64,000 bases of DNA, taken from NCBI GenBank assembly GCA_047967505.1, contig CM106538.1. One strand, 5' to 3'. The notes under the pieces are model-generated. The model had not been told where the DNA came from and made no database searches. It saw only the letters and a program-made list of their open reading frames with translations. A program made the position numbers and the translations under genes. Shown one piece after another: positions 11,826 through 25,556 of the stretch. The DNA comes from Dipteris shenzhenensis. Taxonomy: Eukaryota. Each line of letters starts with the position of its first letter. The first letter of the stretch is position 1.

Positions 11826-13295
11826 ATGGCGCCTAGTTCAAAACCCCATGCCGTGGTGATCCCCCTCCCAGCTCAAGGGCACATTGCTCCCATGATGCAC
11901 CTATCCAAGAAGCTTGCGGCCGACGGCTTCACCATCACTTTTGTTCTTACAGAACACCACCATGCCATCTTGGTGCGCACGGAGCCTGTACTCAAGAGGG
12001 AAGGTCTTGACATTCGCTTGGTTGGACTCCCGGACGGGAGAGACTCCGGGAGTACCTCTGGTGAGGACGATGCTGTCGAGCTGTGCAAAGCTTTCTCAAA
12101 AATGGAGGGCGTCTTGGGAGGACTGATTTGCAGGCTCATGAAGGAGGATCCGCCGGTAACGTGTGTCGTCTCAGACATACTTGGCGAATGCACGCAAGAC
12201 GCCGCCAACAAGTTTGGACTGCCGAGGCTGGCTTTCTGGACCCAGTCAGCAGCAACGTATGCTTGTACTATGCTGGCCTTGCAAGGATTCCGAGCTTCGG
12301 AAGGTACGTCAATAACTAGGCATAACGTCAGACATTCTCCATCCGCAGGAAGAGTTTTAATTCAATCGTGGATTTCTGCAGAGCCTTTACCGATAACCGC
12401 CGTCCCAGGAACGCCACCCCTCAAGTTAACAGACGTGAATTCATTTGTCCGAATCTACGATCCCCAAGATTTCATGTGCAGCTTCTTCCTGCGTTCTTTT
12501 GCCAGGCTCGATGAGGCAGCTTGGATAGTTGTGAACACCTTCGACGAGGCTGAGCATGATACCCTGCAAGCTCTGAGAAAGCAGCACCAGATCTACACAG
12601 TTGGCCCTTTGTTGCCAATTTCCTTTTTCAATGGCCCGATGGATACCAAATACAAGACGGCGGTGCTCTGGCGAGAAGAATCAGACTCTATACTGTGGCT
12701 GGACAAGCAACCAACCGGCTCGGTTCTCTACGTCTCATTCGGCAGCGTCGCAGTACTATCGCGGGCACAATTCGAGGAGATGGCTTTGGGGCTGGAGGCA
12801 AGCCAGCAGCGGCTGCTGTGGGTGATTCGTTCGGACCTACTGCAGGGCGACTCTATTCCGGAGGGCTACTTGGAGAGGGTGAAGGATCGTGCGTTTTTCG
12901 CGTCGTGGGTGCCGCAGCTGCAAGTGCTATCGCATCCGGCAACGGGCGGGTTCCTAACGCACGCAGGTTGGAATTCGACGCTGGAGGGCATGGTAGCAGG
13001 GGTGCCGATGCTGGCATGGCCATATTTTGCAGACCAGGGAATGAACAGGAGGTTCATAGTGGATGGGTGGAAGGTAGGGATGGAGGTGGAAGGAAGCGAA
13101 GGCGAGCGGGGGGAGATAGTGAGGAGGGAGGAGGTGGAGAAGAAGGTGAGGGCGTTGATGGGAGGCCATGAATCCAAGGAGCTGCGCAGCAATGCTAAGA
13201 GGTGGAAGGCAGCAGCTCAAGCAGCTGCGCAGGAAGGAGGCTCTTCAGCTCGCAGCTTGGAGGCCTTGCTTAAGGCCATGCACCTTAGTGAGTGA
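11826..13295 (+). CDS. Plant family-1 UDP-glycosyltransferase (UGT85/86/83-like), probably with a 78-bp intron at 12304-12381
   Basis: N-terminal HAVVIPLPAQGH (catalytic His) and CVVSD (Asp). Complete PSPG box WVPQLQVLSHPATGGFLTHAGWNSTLEGMVAGVPMLAWPYFADQ, and C-terminal GGSS. Confidence 0.96.
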   Translation: MAPSSKPHAVVIPLPAQGHIAPMMHLSKKLAADGFTITFVLTEHHHAILVRTEPVLKREGLDIRLVGLPDGRDSGSTSGEDDAVELCKAFSKMEGVLGGLICRLMKEDPPVTCVVSDILGECTQDAANKFGLPRLAFWTQSAATYACTMLALQGFRASEGTSITRHNVRHSPSAGRVLIQSWISAEPLPITAVPGTPPLKLTDVNSFVRIYDPQDFMCSFFLRSFARLDEAAWIVVNTFDEAEHDTLQALRKQHQIYTVGPLLPISFFNGPMDTKYKTAVLWREESDSILWLDKQPTGSVLYVSFGSVAVLSRAQFEEMALGLEASQQRLLWVIRSDLLQGDSIPEGYLERVKDRAFFASWVPQLQVLSHPATGGFLTHAGWNSTLEGMVAGVPMLAWPYFADQGMNRRFIVDGWKVGMEVEGSEGERGEIVRREEVEKKVRALMGGHESKELRSNAKRWKAAAQAAAQEGGSSARSLEALLKAMHLSE

Positions 13296-14859
13296 TTGAC
13301 TGAGTTGTTTGTGGTAGTTTATTCACAAAATATAGTTAGTAATTACTATCGTCACCCCGACAAACAACGGTATTAGTTTCGGAGAATATTCCCATGTGTT
13401 ACCTTCCTTAAGATATCCATCAATCTAACATTATTCTTTTCTATAAGGTTTACTAAAAGACTACGTCACGTACATGTGTGCGTTATATGTGTGTGACATG
13501 TGTGTGTTTTTGAGAGATCTATCTCTTTGATTCTTCTCTTTTATTTAAGTCATGTCCTTTAGCCCAATTTTACATCTTTAAGAAAACTCTAGATTTTCTC
13601 CCAAGCATTTTATAGCCTAAAGACCTTATCCTTCATCCACTCTAAGGTCTCCATGTCATCATCACATTCATTCTATCTCCTCCATCCAATCACCTTCCAA
13701 TCTTCTTACTCTCATCCAATCATGAATTTTCTCCTCTATACCACTTCCTTGCACTCATCTATCGTGCATACTATACACCCTTTAGCATCACTGTTTCAAC
13801 AACCTTGACATATAATTTTCATGTTAAGGAGATTTTAAAAAAGAAACTTTTCTTCAGAATATGCTTTCTATTTTGAGGTGGCATTATACTAACTAACCTT
13901 TTCTAGCATGGTGTAACTATTAGTTTCAATTGCTACAAAAATGTCTAAGCATCATTTTTAATTACTTTCACTACAATAAAAAGGGGCCCTTTTTTAGGAG
14001 TGCAATTCATTCATGTTAACGTATCCCTTTCATTTCAATGTAAATATACATTTAGATTTAGAGAGATAAGCATATAACATTTAGAATCCATACAATTTTA
14101 TAGTTTTGAGCTCTTTGAAAATTGAATGATCAACCAAATATCCAAATTTTCAAAACATGTCATATTTTAACGCTTTTGCTCCATGAAGTACTACAAAAAG
14201 CAACTTCTCAAGCACTAAGTAAAATCTTGAAGATAACACATAGTTCAAAGCCACTGAACATCTCCCAAGCACGAAATTGATACCCAGCTCTCTACTATTA
14301 GGACTATGGATTAGATGATCTTGTTTCTAATTAGCAATGCTTTGTCTTATTCTTATAGTTGAACATACTAAGTTGGGTAGATTTTGAGTATGGCTCCAAA
14401 AATTGACAACCAAGAAGCATTAAGTTATCTACTGCGTACTTATAGCATAGTATAGCATAGTTACATGATTCTTGAAAATACATGTGTATAAAATTTATCA
14501 AGCTTAGAAGAAAACTTGTTCACAATTAGCAAAAGTTCTAGCTACTCAAGAAATTCAGATCAATGAAGATTGTTGCAATATATTTGTCATAAAAGCCAAA
14601 AAATGCTTGATCTTCAATGATTATATGCTTTTAGTAAAAGTCTTTCAGAGAGCTAGTACAAGAGCATCTATGTTGTTCATTCCTAGCCTTAAAAGCAGGT
14701 GATAACTTTTGATACATGGATCATACATAGAGAGGAGGAAGACAAGTGAGTATACATTGTTTAGTATAATAATTGCAGTTTAAAGTGGGAGAAGCCTCCA
14801 TAGTTGATTACAAAATGACAAAATGATGTGTGTTCAACTTATCATTTCTCTCTCATTTC

Positions 14860-15632
14860 TACTTATCGGTGACCTATATGGCATCCCTTCCCTTCAACTT
14901 AGAGTATCAAACTCCATACACTAGTGGTGATGCTCGCCCAAATCTAGTGATGAAAGCATTAAAAAGGCTTTGTTGAAACACCCTTGTACAAGCAAGAGGG
15001 TGTCTCAATCTTACAACTGCGGCTTCCACATTTTCAACTTAGGATGAATGCACAACGCAATAGCAACACCTCCTTTACAAAGGAAAGCATGACTCTAAAA
15101 CAAGAGACTGACCCATTCACAGACACACTAGTGCATGGATATGTCGACACAACCAAAGTTTTTGATACAATCTCAACCATCACAGTGATCGCTCCAAGCG
15201 AAAACCAAAAGCCAATGGGTATATATAAAGACAAGCATTGTGAGGAGCTAAACTACCCAACGTTGTTCTTTGGTTAGCCAAGGTATGAGCATATGCTCAA
15301 TGATCCTCAGTTACCAAAAAGTTGTCCAATGGGAGATCCTTCACAGGGACCCACACTTTGCAACTCACATCCAAGACCTTTTCTTCAAAAAAGTAAAGAT
15401 GTTAATACACTTTGCTGCTAGTTCAATATGCGGAAGGCACAGTTGAATGGTAGGGTTATAACTGCTAAGGATGTCAAAACCAAACCCAACTTAGATGTAC
15501 TATTGAAATTAGATATTGGTTACCAAGAACTTGAAAGCATCCGGACATCTCTGCACTACTTGCAACGCCAGCAAAAAAGGTTGTTTGCAATGATTCGCCA
15601 GCTAGGCCCACCGACATTCTTCGTGACATTTA
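14860..15632 (+). pseudogene. Helitron-like Rep remnant (Helitron_like_N type)
   Basis: Reads IAPSENQKPMGIYKDKHCEELNYPTLFFG and RTSLHYLQRQQKRLFAMIRQLGPPTFFVTF (Rep motif 1). It has stops and frameshifts and is truncated after FVTF. Confidence 0.75.
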
Positions 15633-17509
15633 CCAAGGAAACAAAAGGAACGAGGGTGGGAAAAGAAGCTATGTACATGGATGTAGGCTATTATCCACAA
15701 GCATACGCAATAGGCTAGAGCAAAGTAGGGGGAAGCACATGTTCTCCTCTTGAGAATGATGGTCATATCCCGGAGTGGCTATAGTTGCCCTTCAGCTCGC
15801 CCACTACTATGTTGTGTTTCTCAGTTTTGGCAACTTCTTCAGGTTTCTGTTGGAAATGTGAAGGCACCTGACTTGGTGTCATGATTTTTGTAGTGGGCGA
15901 TTTAGTAATTCTTTCTTAGACAAAAGTTTCTTTTCATTTGCAGGAGTAGGAGTTACATTCACACTTACTTTCGACAAATAATGAGAATTAATCTGATGAA
16001 TTAATAGACGTGCAGAAAGTTCTCACCTTAATTCCTGATTTGTGGGAGTCTTCTTGACAGAAACAAACACACAAATTTGCTAGCGCCTTGCTCACAAACG
16101 AACACGTGAGACCTGGATAAGCGACCGGAAAGCTTGAAGTGACTTGAAGATTTGTAGCTAGAGGAAGCCAATGCAACCTTCTAGGAAGAGCTCAAGCATG
16201 GAGGGAGAGTGGACCCCCCAAATTAATTTATAGCCATGTTGGAGGGGGATAAAGAGCACACACAAGCTAAATTTAAAGTTGAAAAGCCAATAGCCACTAA
16301 AAGCTAAAAAGCCAACAGCCATCTAAAAGTCATTAGAAATCCCTAATAAAAATTTCTATAAAACTAAGAATAATCACAAAACTCCCACTAAACTCAATCC
16401 TTAAGCATTGTCCTTATGAGAGCCAGTGCTAACAAATTTTGGGGACCACTTGATTTAGGGGGGAATTATTATCACCGTTTTGTGCCCTCTCATCGTGCTT
16501 ATACCCTTCTTTGACTCCAAAGAGTTTGTGCTTCCACTTCTTGGGCATTGTCCAAAGCATTTGTGATGACCTATTTATTCTATCATGCCTGCCTAATTGT
16601 AGACATGTATTTGTGTCTGCAATGGAAGTGGGATCTACAGAATCATTGCTTGGAACAAGAGAACCATCCTCAATTCATTGATTTTAGAGAATACGAAATT
16701 CGACGATGCGCCTGTGATGAACTCTTTGTTCTAGCATAGTTGTGGACAAATGAATGTAAAGGGGGTACAAGTGTTGTGGGAAGGGGCTTATATACCTACA
16801 ACTAGGCAAAGTTTCCTAAGGAATATTGCATCATAAGATGTAGAATTGTGTTCCCTAGCTCTTCTTTCTTCTCATAGTTTGAGAAACATAAATCCTTAAA
16901 ATTGATGTTTCATGAATGTGCAATTAAAATCAAACATCGAAGGAGAGTAGCTTGATATACTTGAAGGTTAAGGGATGTTGCTTCAAAAGCTCACATGAGC
17001 TTCTATGGACCGCCGCAGTACCACCAAGAAAATTGATCTGATTTTTGTGCAGCTCAAACCCACAGAGAAGCAACAACCACCACAACCATGTAATTGCCCA
17101 TCTTTAATTTCTTGCAAGACAAGTTGCATGTAAGTGATTCCTAGAATTTTTGCTAACTTTTTACTGTGCCCAACAACTGGTTTGCAACTTGACAAATGTT
17201 GTACCAATGCTAAGGAAAATAACAAGAAACAAGAGACAAATTCAAGAAGAGTCGATGAGAGGTGAAGGCGGCGGTTTAGTCCTACTTATAGAGCGGAGGT
17301 GAGCTTTGATGTCCTTGTGAATGCCACGAAAGGGAGCAAGGCAAGCGTACTTCATAGTAGCGAGGTAAGCAAGACAAAAGGGAGAAGGAGCAATGAGAGA
17401 GGGAGGAGCAACAAAAGACGAAGCTCCCACATCTACAAGGTGGCCAACTTGAGAACAACATTGATCATCAAACTCCCATGAACAAATTTGGACCGTTCGT
17501 ATTCTCCTT

Positions 17510-19015
17510 CCAAAAAGGCTTTTTTGGGATACATCTTGTCCCAGAACTCCCTATGAAAATCTAGGAATTCTTACACCGTAGGTGTTCCAATCACACTTGT
17601 CCTCATATGAGGAATATAGCATTAGCTTCATGTGTATCAAAGTGGGAAAGAGGAATACATACCATTGGTTTGTAGTGGTTTTAGGAATGGTTCAGTCGAG
17701 TGTGGGGACCCTTCCCTTTGGCCACTTTTTCAATATACAGATGAGTAATTGTGCAAAAATAAATAAGGGAGGTGACCACTTTTTCAATATACAGATGACT
17801 AATGTAAACATAGTAACTGTTCTAATAATTCTAACAAGTATCTTATTTGATAAATTGTATACCTAGGGTTGATGGTGGTGGTGGCCATCGTGAGTAGAAG
17901 CCACATTGTAGGAGGGCCCACCACGATCCCTTGTCATTATACATCACCTTGGTTATACCTAGATATATCCCCTTTTGCTAGCATATACCGTTAAGTTCAA
18001 GTAGGACATAAGGCTAGCAAGGTCAAACTTCCTTCTAAAAGGCATTTTTTACATGGTTTGAAACATTATGTAGATGCTAAGGCTTGGGACAAAACTTTAT
18101 GTAATGCCATGACATCTCATGGACCCATAAAATTGGGTCCTATGGCCTTTACAAAAAGAAACCTATGGATAAACTACTCAAAGAGTATGAAATTATGTTC
18201 AAAAGATAGTATAGATGGTGAGACCATGGTTTGAAACATTATGTAGATGCTAAGGCTTGGGACAAAACTTTATGTAATGCCATGACATCCCATGGACCCA
18301 CAAAATTGGATCCTATGGCCTTTACAAAAAGAAACCTATGGATAAACTACTAAAAAAGTGTGAAATTATGTTGGTTTCAAAAGATAGTATAGATGGTGAG
18401 ACCATGGTCTTTTGGTTCCAAATGGGACCAAAATATGTAGAATGTAAAGTACCATTATGCCTCACGCATGGACTCATGCATGGACGCAACAAGATCGAAT
18501 GAATACCGACATGTTAGTCTTCACTTTGGTTAAACATTATGTCTCTAGATCAAAAAGTGAAAACATGGTTAGGACGAGTGTTTGTGGATTGCCATCTTAC
18601 ATGCACTCACAAAGTTGGGACGAAGCTCTAAAGGCTACAAGGCGACCAACTTGAGTACGACATCATCAAATTCTACATGATGGAGTTTGGGCCATTCATA
18701 TTCCCCTTGCAAAAGGGCTTTTGGGAGACATGTTTTAAGGCCATCTTCCCATCCCCATCGACTATGAAAATGTAACTTCCTAGGATTCTTACATCATAAG
18801 TGTTCCAATAACACTTGTCTTGCTATGAGAAATATGGATTTTGAGGGATGTTTTAGTTGAGAGGGGGGACCCTTCCCTTGTCCACTTTTTCAATATACGG
18901 ATGACTAATTGGTAGGAATGAATGAGCAAGGTTGGTAGAAGGGAGGTAGAAGGAACCCTTGTGGTTATACACCATCTTGTTTGTACCTAGGGATATCCCA
19001 TTTTCTAATGCATAA
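17510..19015 (+). repeat. Diverged direct repeats (~17510-17985 and ~18710-19015) flanking a 173-bp tandem duplication
   Basis: Shared blocks include TGTTCCAAT.ACACTTGTC and CCACTTTTTCAATATAC. Tandem copies start at CATGGTTTGAAAC 18052 and 18225. Confidence 0.75.
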
Positions 19016-20149
19016 AAGTATAATTTAGGAATTTAGGCACTTACCTGAGTGCCATTTTTTAAAATCCTTATTAAATCTTTGCAATTTCATATATCTTTGG
19101 TTTGTTGAGCCTAAAGAAATTTCTTGATGATCAAACTCAAAATGTGATATGGGTACAATGTTTCTTTTAAGACTCAAACTTAAGTTTAAGCCTAAAAGAA
19201 ATTAAATATCTTTAAATATACTGATAAGATTAAGGTATTTATTTAAACTTATTTCTTTATTGATAAATAAATTTACCACCATTAACACTTATTTCATTAA
19301 TTTTGGACTTGTCAATGTATAAATTCATTTTTATAAATACTTTTGGACTATTTTATAGATAAAATTAAAAAAAAACTCACTCTTTAAAAGACAGATAAAA
19401 ACATAAAAACAAGCAAATTTTTAGAGTTTTTTGAAGGAAACAAAATCAAAATTATAAAATTTAATGTGACACAAATAAATTACACCAAAAGATAAGAAGC
19501 AGTTGGAAACTCTTCTAATATTTATAATGGTGTTAATAAACACCTTTCAAAAAGTTACAATAAGCCTTTAGATTATTGTCACTAGAAGGCATTAGTATTT
19601 GCTATTTCTATCTGAGATTCAACCCATTCCTGTGTTGAGACCATCTCATCATGATCAAGGTAATTATAACTATAGAAGAGAAGCAAGGAATTATTTAAAA
19701 TTTCCTCGGTAGCACTTCCTCACTCCCGTATCTTGAATACATTGAAATCTATAAAATAAGGTTATCAAAGACAAGAATGATATAATTATCATATTCTTTG
19801 GCCCGCTAGGAGGTAAGGGGAGGGGTAATACTCTCTTATAGGGGACTACGAGGGAGGCAGCGATGGAGGAAGAGCGGATGGGCAGCAACAGACCGACCGT
19901 AGGGCGAACAAGCGAACTGGTGAACGGCGAACCACCGATGATGGAGGATGAGTGCATTGGTAGTAGCGGATGAAGGGAAGAGCGGACCAATGGCGGCAGC
20001 GAAAGAGCAAATGGGAGGCAATGGATGAGATGGACGAGGACAGGGGAAAAAGAAGAGATGGATTTGTGAGATAGAATATAGGAAGAGGTAGATTAGTGAA
20101 AGAAAATGTATTGCACGCTCGAGGTGGCATGGCTACCAAGGGGTTGCAC

Positions 20150-21340
20150 GCTCAAGGGGGGATATACAGAGAGGGGGGGAGGAATTTAGAGAGATAGAGG
20201 GGGAATAGAGAGAGGGTGGGGCATGAGGGGGGGAAAGAGTGTGTGTGAGTGGTGAGGGTAGATATTAGAGAGAGAGTGTGGGGGTTGAGGGAGAAGAGAG
20301 AGAGAGGGGAGTTTAGAGAGAGAATATGGGGAGTGAGAAGGAGGAAGACGGAAGGGTGGGATTTAGAGAGCACTGTGGGGGGAGGAGGCATTGGTTGGTG
20401 GGGAGGGAATAGAGGGGGAGGGGGAATTGGAAGAGGGGTGGTGGTGATAGGAAGGGGGTGGTAGAGAGAGCAAGGGGGAGGCAATGGTGGTGGAGAGAGG
20501 ATGGGGGTATGGGAGAGAGAGGAAAGGGGGTGGTGGAGAGAAAGAAGAGGGTGGTAGAGAGAGGAAAGGGGGTGGTGGTGGTCATGAGAGGAAGGGGGTG
20601 GTAGAGAGAGAAGGGGGGCAATGGAGAGAGGAAAGGAGGTGTGAAGGAGAGAGGAAGAGAGGTGGGAATGGATGAGGCATGGTGGAGAGAGGAAGGGAGT
20701 GAAAAAAGGAAGAGGCAGGGTGGAGAGAGGAAGGGAGGTGTGAAAGAGAGAGGGGTGTGTGGAAGAGAAGATAAGGATGATGAGGAAGGGGTTGGGATGG
20801 ATAGAAAAAATTGGGTTGGAGGTGTGAAGGGGCTTGATGGAATTTAGGGTGGAGGATGACGAAAAATGGGGAAGGAGGAAAGGGGGTGATGGAACATGAG
20901 GGAGGGGAGGGTATACCTTTAGTGCTTGATAGAATGGTGGAGTGTTTGTCAAACGAAAATTACAAGTGGAGGGTGGAGGATAATAAAATAAGTGGCCAAG
21001 GTGATGGATAAAGTCGATGAAAGGTGGGGGATGGAGGGGACGAGCTTGACAAAAGACTTGGTGGTGGAGGGGATGGAGAAGGTAGTGAAAAGTGGAGGAT
21101 GGTCCAGGATGGAAAGTGGAGGGTGGAGGGGAGGAGATGGGTGGAAAAAGTAGTGGTGGAGGGGATGGAGAAGGTGGAGGATGGAGGGGAGGAACTTGAC
21201 ATAAAAAGTGGTGGTGGAGGACGAAAAGTGGAGGTGGATATAAAATTTGGTGGCTTGATGGAACTTGGAGATGGAGAGGAGATGGAGGTGGCTTACAAAA
21301 GCAAGGAGAAAGAAATGAGGGGAGAGGGGGGGGGGGATGT
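20150..21340. repeat. G/A-rich low-complexity tract
   Basis: GGAGAG/GGTGG-rich; no credible protein. Confidence 0.85.
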
Positions 21341-21574
21341 TGCTTTTATAGCATGTGGGGTGTTTAAAGGATAAATTTTGTGATTAGTGGACTAATGTAA
21401 ATTTCATCATTTTGCAACAGTTGGAAGTCCCAAGGTTTAGAGAAGGTTGCAGGGTTTAGGAAGAGTCCAAGGCTGAGGAGTGGAGTGCTAGTCTCCTCCA
21501 CAACTTCAAGGGGTAAAGGGTTGAGAAGGAGGATCAAGGGAGGAAGGAGGAGGTAGCCTTCGAAAATCAATCCA

Positions 21575-23560
21575 AAACTTCCTTTTTATTATAGAATGGG
21601 ATGCTTATGACACTAAAGTCATGCCATTTGGGTTGCTTAATGCACCATCCACTTTTCAAAGGTTTATGGTTGAGAATTTCTCAGGTTATTTGACCAAGTT
21701 TATTGCCATCTGCCTAGATGATTTTTGTTTATACTAGGCAATATCCAGGCATTTGGCTTGTTTAGAGGTGACCAAGTGTAGATAGCCAGGAATCTCTTTA
21801 ATCCCTATTAAGTGTATTATCTATGCTTGGGGTGGAAATTTTGACATAGCTTAGATCCTTTGTTGGATTTATTAGCTTTTATTGAAGACTTGTGAAGGAT
21901 TTTGCCAAGATTGTAGCACCACTATATAAAACGACCAAGATACCAAGTTCTAGTGGACCAAGGAGTTGTCTATAGCATAAATTTGTGAATTGAAGTTCAA
22001 CGAGCAATTGAGACACCAATTCTCCAACCACCTTGGTGGTATCTTTCCTAACATGTGGATGCATCAAGCTATGCCATTGGCATTATTTTGTGGATCTTTC
22101 CTATCCATGGGGATGCATTAGGCTATGCCATCATCATTATTTTGGCATAGCTGGATGCTAGACTCGATTTATACATAGTCTATTTTGCTAGTCGGTTGAT
22201 GATGCCACTAGAGTGCGACTACAACACTACTTAGCATGAAGCTCTTTACCAAGAATTGCTACGCTTGACTAACAAAATAGTGATTCGGGGACGTACGGTA
22301 AGATGAATGTTGTTGCTAGAAGAATGTAATTTCAAAATGATGCACAAGCCAAGAAAGTCCCATGCAAGAGTATACTTCTTGTACTACCTACCTATCTGAG
22401 ATGAAAGCATGGACAATTGTTCACATTGGATTTTTTTGGGACCAGGTATGACGAAATGCTACAATACTATCACAAGGCCCATTTGCTAAGCAAATGTTGA
22501 GAGTGAAGCCAGATGGCTTTGAAATTTTGGAAGTATACTTTGATTATAGCCAATTATAATGCCAAGGTGCAAATGGCATCCTACACTGATGGGTCTTGCT
22601 ACATGAATGAGCAATAGTACTTGTCGAGCCACACATAGGGCCTACGGTAGGTCAATCCATGATGAGCTAATAACTTAAAAATTTTTACAAGAAGGGTATG
22701 GTGGAGTGCTCTATTAAAAAATGCACATGTTTCTTTGTAAAATGTGGTGTTTGTCAAAACAAATAGCCATATTTCTTCCATAGCATCATATGCTATTACA
22801 ACCAAGCTAGCCATGGGAAGCATTCTAGAGATGGGGCTTGGATGATATTGAGACATTTAAGAATGCATCTTAGTATACACAGAATAAGTACATTCTTGTT
22901 GCCAGATTATGTGACAAAGTGGGTAGAGGCTAAGGCACTACATGACAACTAGGCTTGTAAGCTAGCATGGCTACTACCCTCCGTGCAATGGCTGAGCTGA
23001 GTCCACTAATAAGACTCTTAATCCTATTCTCCCCAAGGGTACCCATCGCTGAGATTGGGACTCCAAGCTTTGTGCTGCACTTCGGCCATATTGGATAGCA
23101 TATAAGGTAACCACAAACATGACCATTCAAAATGGAATTTGGTTTAGAAGCAATGGTTTTTTTTGGAATTTCTCATCCCAATTCTTTGAGTCACACTGCA
23201 AGAATATCATCCTAGTGAACTCAAAGCGATCAAAAGACAATTGCACGAGCTCACTAGTCTAGATGAGTTGTGCATTCAAGCAACCTGGTCACAACAAGAA
23301 ATCCAAAGAAGAAGAAAGTCATGGCACGATAGACATATCATTTCAAATGGCACTATAGACATATCATTTCAAACTTGAAGAAAGGCATGCTCATTCTATT
23401 GTGTAACATCAAGCGAGGTCCTCTCAAGCCTAATCTTAAGCTTAGCCAGAATAAACCATATAGGCTCAATGAAGTGTTTGACAATGGTGGAGCGGTGCAA
23501 TTGGATTATTTGTTGGGACAATTTCTTCTCAAGGCCTTTAATGGTAGCCAAATAAATCCT
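21575..23560 (+). pseudogene. Heavily decayed Ty3/Gypsy pol (RT, RNase H, integrase)
   Basis: VMPFGLLNAPSTFQRFM...CLDDF (21618-21725), HVDASSYAIGIIL (~22052), YFASRL, DYVTKWVEAKAL (~22905) and C-terminal PYRL.EVFDNG. Many stops and indels. Confidence 0.8.
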
Positions 23561-24174
23561 TGCCATGCCAAGGTTTTTCTGGTTATAGCAAATCTCTACC
23601 AAGAATTGATTAGGAAGATGTAGATTTGACATTGGACAGGAAGGAACTCACACAGTTCTCACTGTTGGAACAAGACAAGAAAGAATACATTCCTTAGATA
23701 GTCTAACAAGTTGAAAAGACTTCCAATATGGATTGTAGAGGCACTCACAGAAACCTAGATGAAGAGCAAAGCCTCAGATCTTGCAAAGGTGAAGGCGGCT
23801 AGAAAGGAAGGCAAATGGGATGTCTATCAAGATGGCAAGGCATTGATCAAAGACTTCAAAGAAAAACCAATAGACCCTTAGTCTATAACTGATGTATGAT
23901 CTTCATTTGCTCTCCCTTATTTTGTTTTGGTTTCTCAGATGTACTGGTGGAGCTAGTTCTAATTGGAACTTTATGTGATTATTAGTCTTTTTTGGAGGAG
24001 AGGGGAGGAGGAGTTGCAAGGTTAGGACATGCTTTTGGACATGGAGTGCAAGGAATCATGGACACTTGGAGACAATTGCTTGGAATACCAAAGTAGAACT
24101 CAACACAATGCCCCAAAGAGTGTGGGATTCATTCCACTATGGGGTATTTATACAAGTTGGACAGTCTCTCTCTC

Positions 24175-24421
24175 TGCATGTAAGAATTATAAGACATTCT
24201 CTCTCTACATGTAGAACTTGCATATAGAAGTTGCATGTAGGAGTTGCATGTTGCATGTAGGAGTTGCATGTAGAACTCACATGTTACATGTAGGAGTTGC
24301 ATGTAGAACTCGCATGTAGAACATGCATGTAGGAATCACACGTAGGACTTGCATGTAGAACATGCATGTAGGAGTTGCAAGTATAACTTGCATGTAGGAA
24401 TTTCAAGTAGAACTTGCATGC
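24175..24421 (+). repeat. Minisatellite of ~14-bp GCATGTAG(G/A)A(G/C)TT units
   Basis: Repeated TGCATGTAGGAGT/TGCATGTAGAACT. Confidence 0.9.
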
Positions 24422-25556
24422 TGAGGATTCCTAAGAGAGATTATTCCTAGCCTTATGCAAGCACAAGTGGAGCTTTGTCGTCGCTACTCTACACACACAT
24501 TCTGTGCTACCTAAGTCCATGTTGGCATGGAGACAACATCCATGAAGGAATTCAAATCTTAGAGCATATTACATTGACATCCTCTCATCCTCCTCTCTGT
24601 GCACATTACAATGGTCATGTCCATTTCTTGAAGAATATGAATGGAATTGCATTCGGTTCAATCAAACTATTCGATGTTTTGGGTACATTTCCTATATGTA
24701 TCTCTATTTGAAAGGTTAAAGTGAATGAATCTCTGTGTAAGTGCATATTTATTTCTTTCCATTTCTTTAATAAGGATAAGTCAAATTACATGGATGAGAT
24801 GGGAAGAAATATTCAAATGCTAGTATGCATGGCTCATTCATTAGGAGAAATTTTGAAAGGAAATAATCATATAAAGTGGTAAGTGTTGATACAAAACCTT
24901 TATACTCTTATAACCTTGCTCATCATTGTTCGATGAGTCTTCAATTCATTCAATGTTAAAGAGTGCCAAGCCTAGGCAAATTAGTGAGAGTGAGAATTTT
25001 GATGATACTGGAGGGTCGTCACCTGTACTAAAAAGGACTTTCACTTTTTTTGTTTATTCGATTTGATTGTGAGGACCACCTTGAGATGGAAAAATTTCCA
25101 ACACATGTAAAGGAATACATGAATGATCAACCAAGGTTGTACCAAATCCAAATCAAGGCACATGCCTAGACAAACAACAACCCCTGCTTAGCTGCACCAC
25201 ATCAAATCAAAGCACATGCCTGGTGGAAAAAACACCATGAGCAGAGAGAGATGGAAGAGAGGAACATGAGAGAAAAATAAAAAAATAAAACAAGTGGTGG
25301 TCATCGTAAGGGTAAGGATACATATATAGGAAGAGGACAAGACAAAGGTGTAATATATTTGCTATTTATTTGGTTGCCAGTTGTGGATTTTGAAAGCTAG
25401 CATAGAAGTTGTGAAATTTTGGAAGAAGTGGTGGTTGTTAAATTACATGGTGCAGCGGAACAGAAATTGAACAAAGAATAGAGAGTACACAGCAAACTGG
25501 AGAGGAAAAATATTTTCCTTCAATACTGATGTAGTACAAATGATGGCTCTATCCAC

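Noticed and set aside
15640-17480. Possible LTR element remnant (PPT-like AGGGGGGAA at ~16457)
   Set aside because: No partner LTR or coding domain found in the window.
20152-21374. Pro/Ser-rich and Gly/Glu-rich ORFs (extensin-like)
   Set aside because: G/A low-complexity sequence with no signal peptide or SPPPP organisation.
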